27,562 bases of DNA. Source: Octopus sinensis. Lineage: Eukaryota. The number at the start of each line of letters is the position of its first letter. Position 1 is the first letter of the stretch. The notes beneath the pieces are model-generated. The model ran no database searches. It saw nothing but the letters and a program-made list of their open reading frames with translations, and was not told where the DNA came from. Both the position numbers and the translations under genes were made by a program. Below are positions 22,978 through 27,562 of this stretch, one piece after another. The stretch covers positions 1-27,562 of the forward strand of contig NW_021834737.1 in assembly GCF_006345805.1 (NCBI RefSeq), read 5' to 3'.

Positions 22978-23012
22978 GTTTCTGACGAAGGGCTCCGCTC
23001 GAAACATAAAAC
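22978..23012 (+). ncRNA. Minimal hammerhead-like motif, Penelope type, probably decayed
   Basis: GUUU-CUGACGA-A-GGGC-UCC-GCUC-GAAA-C-A-U-A-AAAC: canonical core, 4-bp stem I, 4-bp stem II. Stem III reads ACAU rather than the palindrome ACGU. Confidence 0.55.
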
Positions 23013-23111
23013 CCTCTTTCTTCCCTTCCTTCCTGAGCATCCAATAATACTATTTTTGTTCCACGTCCTCGCGTTGTTGTGTTTTCTCTTTGTGTTTTCA
23101 TGTTTGGATTA

Positions 23112-23142
<31 letters not shown>

Positions 23143-23215
23143 GTAGGTCCCGGGTTGATTCGGGGTTAACCACAGTAAATAAGGTACTCAATACATATAG
23201 AGTAAAATTAATTTA

Positions 23216-24331
23216 TTATATAGAAGGAGCTTCTACAGGACTAGAACTGTTTCATTCAAGAGAAATCTTCAGGAAGCTAGTTAACAAAATTGTATTGGCA
23301 TTTATACATTAGGCAGGTTTAAAGGGGTGTTGGTGGGGGACTTTTTTGGGGGTAGGCATAGCGCAAAATATCATACTTGGGGGAGTGGTCAAGAGTCAGT
23401 GTTAATTAGATATAAGAATAAATAAAAAAATAAAAAATATATAAAAAAATAATATACAAATATATATAAAAAAAGGGAATAGAGTTTTAGGTAAATAAGG
23501 AGATTCTCACTTATACCTATGCACATAGTAACATATATACACACACATCAAACATATATACCTATACTACACACATACGTACACACACACATATATACAT
23601 AATATACACTTACACATACATATACATACCTACACATCACATATATGTTTACATACACACACTCACATGCATACACGTATACACACATGTATATACACAC
23701 ACGACCACACATAGATATACACGCATGTGCTGTGGGTGCATATGTGTGTGTGGATATGTGTGTGTATGCGTGTATGTGAGTATGTGTGTGTATTGTATAT
23801 ATATTTTTTCTGTGTGTATATGTATGTGTGGTCGTGTGTGTATATATACATGTGTGTATACGTGTATGCATGTGAGTGTGTGTATGTATACATATATGTG
23901 TATGTGTAGGTATGTATATGTATGTGTAAGTGTATATATATATGTAATATATGTGTGTGTGTACGTATGTGTGTATGTTATGTATATATGTGTTGTATGT
24001 GTGTGTATATATGTATACATATGTGCATAGGTATAAGTGAGAATCTCCTTATTTACCTAAAACTCTATTCCCTTTTTTTTATATATTTTTATATATTTTT
24101 TATATATTTTTTTATTTTTTTATTTATCTTCTATCTAATTTAACACTGACTCCTTGACCACTCCCCCAAGTATGATATTTTGCGCTATGCCTACCCCCAA
24201 AAAGTCCCCCACCAACACCCCTTTAAACCTGCCTAAATGTATAAATGCCAATACAATTCTTGTTTAACTAGCTTCCTGAAGATTTCTCTTGAATGAAACA
24301 GTTCTAGTCCTGTAGAAGCTCCTTCTATATA
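23216..24331. repeat. Long inverted repeat, ~510-bp arms and ~85-bp spacer
   Basis: 23216-23725 is the reverse complement of 23811-24331, including the irregular microsatellite part, with scattered small indels. Confidence 0.9.
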
Positions 24332-24368
24332 TAAATTATATATTATATATATATGCATATGTATATAT

Positions 24369-24402
<34 letters not shown>

Positions 24403-24439
24403 CATACATACAAACACGTATATGTGTGTGTGTATACAT

Positions 24440-24650
24440 GTGAGTCTGTGTTTGTCCCCCCACCCCAACATCGTTTGACAACCAATGCTAGTGTTTACAT
24501 CCCCGTGAAATAGCGGTTCGGCAAAAGAAACCGATGGAATAAGTACCAGGTTTACAAAGAATAAGTCCTGGGGTAGATTTGCTCGAATAAAGGCGGTGCC
24601 CCAGCACGGCCGCAGTCAAATGAGTGAAAGAAGTAAAAGACAAGAAAAGA
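24440..24650 (+). mobile_element. SINE family 1, 3' half
   Basis: GTGTTTGTCCCC...CATCGTTTGACAACC...GCGGTTCGGCAAAAG...GGCGGTGCCCCAGCACGGCCGCAGTCAAATGA. Confidence 0.8.
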
Positions 24651-24667
24651 AAGAATATATGTACGCA

Positions 24668-24705
<38 letters not shown>

Positions 24706-24875
24706 TATGTCTATATAAATGTATATCATATATACATATACATATTTCTACTTACTTATATACATACATATATATATAATTTTTTTTCTAGTTTCAGCTC
24801 AGAGCTGCGGCCATGCTGATATATATGTATTTTATATATATATATATATATATATACATATTTCTACTTCCTATA

Positions 24876-24909
<34 letters not shown>

Positions 24910-25606
24910 GTAATATATATATATGTAGGTATTTATATATATACATATGTACATATATTTGTTATATATATATGTGTATATATATTATATATATATATAT
25001 AATATATAATATATATATATATATAATTCTACATAGATATATGCATACATACTAACACACACATATATGAATATATATATATATATATATTCATACTTAT
25101 GTATAATTCCATTCCCTGCTCCCTTTTGGCCTCATATCCTAACATTCATAAAGCGTTCACTGTTCGTTCTATGAATAAACCTGGGTGCGTATGTAGAATT
25201 TTAATCGGGGCGGTTACGTCATCCCTGTGTATGAGAGAGAGTGTATGTTCGTATGTGCTGTTTGCGAGCTTGTTCGTACAAGAGTTATTGTATTGAAACG
25301 GATATTGAGCTTTGGATCCCATTGCGCCCACACTCAGATATTTAAAAACTTTATGCTGTTGCTGCTTGTATGGATTTTGGTTCTGTTCACTCAAGTGGTT
25401 TATCGTTGGCTGTTGGTCTTTCTTTTCTCCTTCGTTTACATTCTCCTTCCAAGCATGGCGATGTTAAGTAACACTTGACTTGTTATATACTTTAGGCCAT
25501 ATAATTTATTTATATTTGTATCTTAGTGCATGTTCGGACACATGCACGAATTCGCCCTGTCACCACCCCTTCTTGCCCACGCATGCATCCAAATCTATCT
25601 ATCTAT

Positions 25607-25641
<35 letters not shown>

Positions 25642-25795
25642 TCTGTCTGTCTCTCTATCTGTATTTCTTTCTATGTATGTATGTATGTATACGCATGTAA
25701 GCTCATAATTGCAAACAAATCAAAACAGAGAAATGCATGTTCAATTGCAAAGGAGAGTGAAATATCAATTCTTTTCGTTTCAGCTGATTATATAT

Positions 25796-25838
<43 letters not shown>

Positions 25839-26893
25839 ATATTATATATATATATATATATACCACCATATGTGTGAGTGTGGGTGTGTTTCATTCAATT
25901 CAATGCAACTCGAAGTTTCGAAGGCTCTCCCATCGAATCTAACTCATCAGGCCAGAGATCGGATCTGAAAATTCTACCGAATATGTTGAATGCTACCATC
26001 TTTTGAATATTTATTCAGTAGTCTACACACACACACACACACTTCTATATGTATATATATATGTGTGTGTGTGTGTGTATGTATGTATATATATATATTT
26101 GTTTTGCCACAGTAAGATATATGCTATCTTTGACTATGTTGCACTTAGCTGCATCATTAGAACTTTGTTTTCAAATTCTTTCCATCGTCAACGTCTTCGC
26201 TTTATTTCGTGTAGGTTGTGTTTGGTGAAGGCGAGTATGTTTTTATGGTCCTATTTTCTATTGTGTGAGAGAGTGGATTCTGTATGTGCACTGGCTCTGT
26301 AACTTGGCTAAGTTGGATGATGAGGATGCGTTGAAATATGTCTTTTTATTATCTCGTTAGTGATATGGCGACGCCATTTTGGTTACAATGGAAGATGGTT
26401 GATATTAAACTCGAAACCATTTCTATTATATAAAATGCAGAGTCGTTCTGATATTGCGCGTCAATGCATATCATACGGCGCACTAAATCTCTATTTGTAC
26501 TATTAGTTCAGAATTTTTTCTGAAAACCTCTTTGTTATTAGTAAAAGGGTTTTGTTAATTGGGTATAACATACTAATTTGTAATTTTCTGAGACTGCTAA
26601 GATGTTCAATCATTTTACTTCAAAGGCTCATTTCCTCTAAAGATGTCCTAAACCTCTAAGATCCCTCCCTAGAGTTGCTTCAACAAGAATTAACCTCGCA
26701 AATTATCCGCTCTTGAGTTTGTCTTTTTAACCTAATCCAGAATTATCCCCGATGCATAGAACTCATCACATTTGATTCTACGTTACAAATTAGCGTATAT
26801 ATCTTGTATGTATTGATAAGGTATTCATTTTATATTTGTTACTCTTTATGTGCGCGCGCGTATGTGTTTGTGTGCATATTTTTGTATATGAAT

Positions 26894-27100
26894 GTGGCGA
26901 GCTGCCGGAATCGTTAGTGCAGAAAAGTACTTACGGATATTTCTTTCGGCTCTTTACCTCCTGTGGAGGTCAACTTTGCTTTTCATCCTTGTGGGGTGGG
27001 GGCCAATAAAATAACGTACTAGTCAGGTTCTGGGGTCAATGTAATCGATTCATCGATCCCCTCCTCTCGAAATGACGGACTTTGTGCCTGAATAAGAAGC
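26894..27100 (+). mobile_element. SINE family 2, diverged
   Basis: GGCGAGCTGCCGGAATCGTTAG...GAGGTCAACTTTGCTTTTCATCC...GGGGTCAATGTAATCGA. Confidence 0.7.
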
Positions 27101-27190
27101 CTTGAACCGAATCGGTGCGTTGCGTGTGTCTAGTTGTTCGGTATTTCGGTGAGACATGATGTTCATTGTTTTTTGAAGCAACGTAAACTA

Positions 27191-27300
27191 ATGGCGAGAA
27201 AGTTCTATTTATGATCAGAAGGTCTTGGGTTCAATTCCTAGTTCGGGCAGCGCGCTGTTTCCTTGAGCATGTGCTTCCTTTCACATTGCACTAGTCTACG
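27191..27300 (+). mobile_element. Degenerate tRNA-derived SINE head
   Basis: B-box-like GGGTTCAATTCC followed by GTTTCCTTGAGCA...TTTCACATTGC. Confidence 0.45.
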
Positions 27301-27344
27301 ACATAAATGGATACGAGCCGAGTGCCACTACCTCTCTTTCTCTC

Positions 27345-27348
27345 TCTG

Positions 27349-27398
<50 letters not shown>

Positions 27399-27432
27399 AA
27401 TCTATCTATCTGACTGCATGTCTGCCTGTCTG

Positions 27433-27480
<48 letters not shown>

Positions 27481-27545
27481 CCTATCTTTCTATCTATCTA
27501 TCTGACTGCATGTCTGCCTGTCTGTCTGTCTATCTATCTATCTAT
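27345..27545. repeat. (TATC)n/(TGTC)n microsatellite
   Basis: Directly visible. Confidence 0.95.
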
Positions 27546-27562
27546 ATCTCCAGCTATTTCGT

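Noticed and set aside
24271-24320. Hammerhead-like CUGAAGA...GAAAC...GUC in the palindrome arms
   Set aside because: Stem II closes with U-U instead of G-C and stem I starts with a C-C mismatch, so there is no canonical fold.
26530-26630. Minus-strand LRR-like peptide EHLSSLRKLQIS
   Set aside because: Single short match in a small frame bounded by stops.

Overview
Eukaryotic, repeat-saturated, probably intronic or intergenic DNA. The SINE families look like those I recall from Octopus (inference). No host protein-coding gene is supported: nearly all listed ORFs are translations of microsatellites. The recognisable coding remnants are transposon debris: an RTE-like LINE tail, a Penelope-like ORF start, four R4/Dong-type endonuclease tails in (AAT)n tracts and a mariner 5' end. 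The main finding is at 20722-22130, a ~362-bp unit repeated in tandem and in inverted orientation between (TA)n tracts. Each unit carries a type I hammerhead ribozyme with a compensatory U3-A8 core (UUGAAAA in place of CUGAnGA), a Schistosoma-like UAC bulge and CAAUA loop, and a palindromic ACGCGU stem III. This is the architecture of a non-LTR retrozyme, which would release ~360-nt self-cleaved, possibly circular RNAs. Other notable items are a second minimal hammerhead (22978-23012), a 33 x 27-bp minisatellite with variant structure, and a 1.1-kb palindrome nested inside a split SINE.
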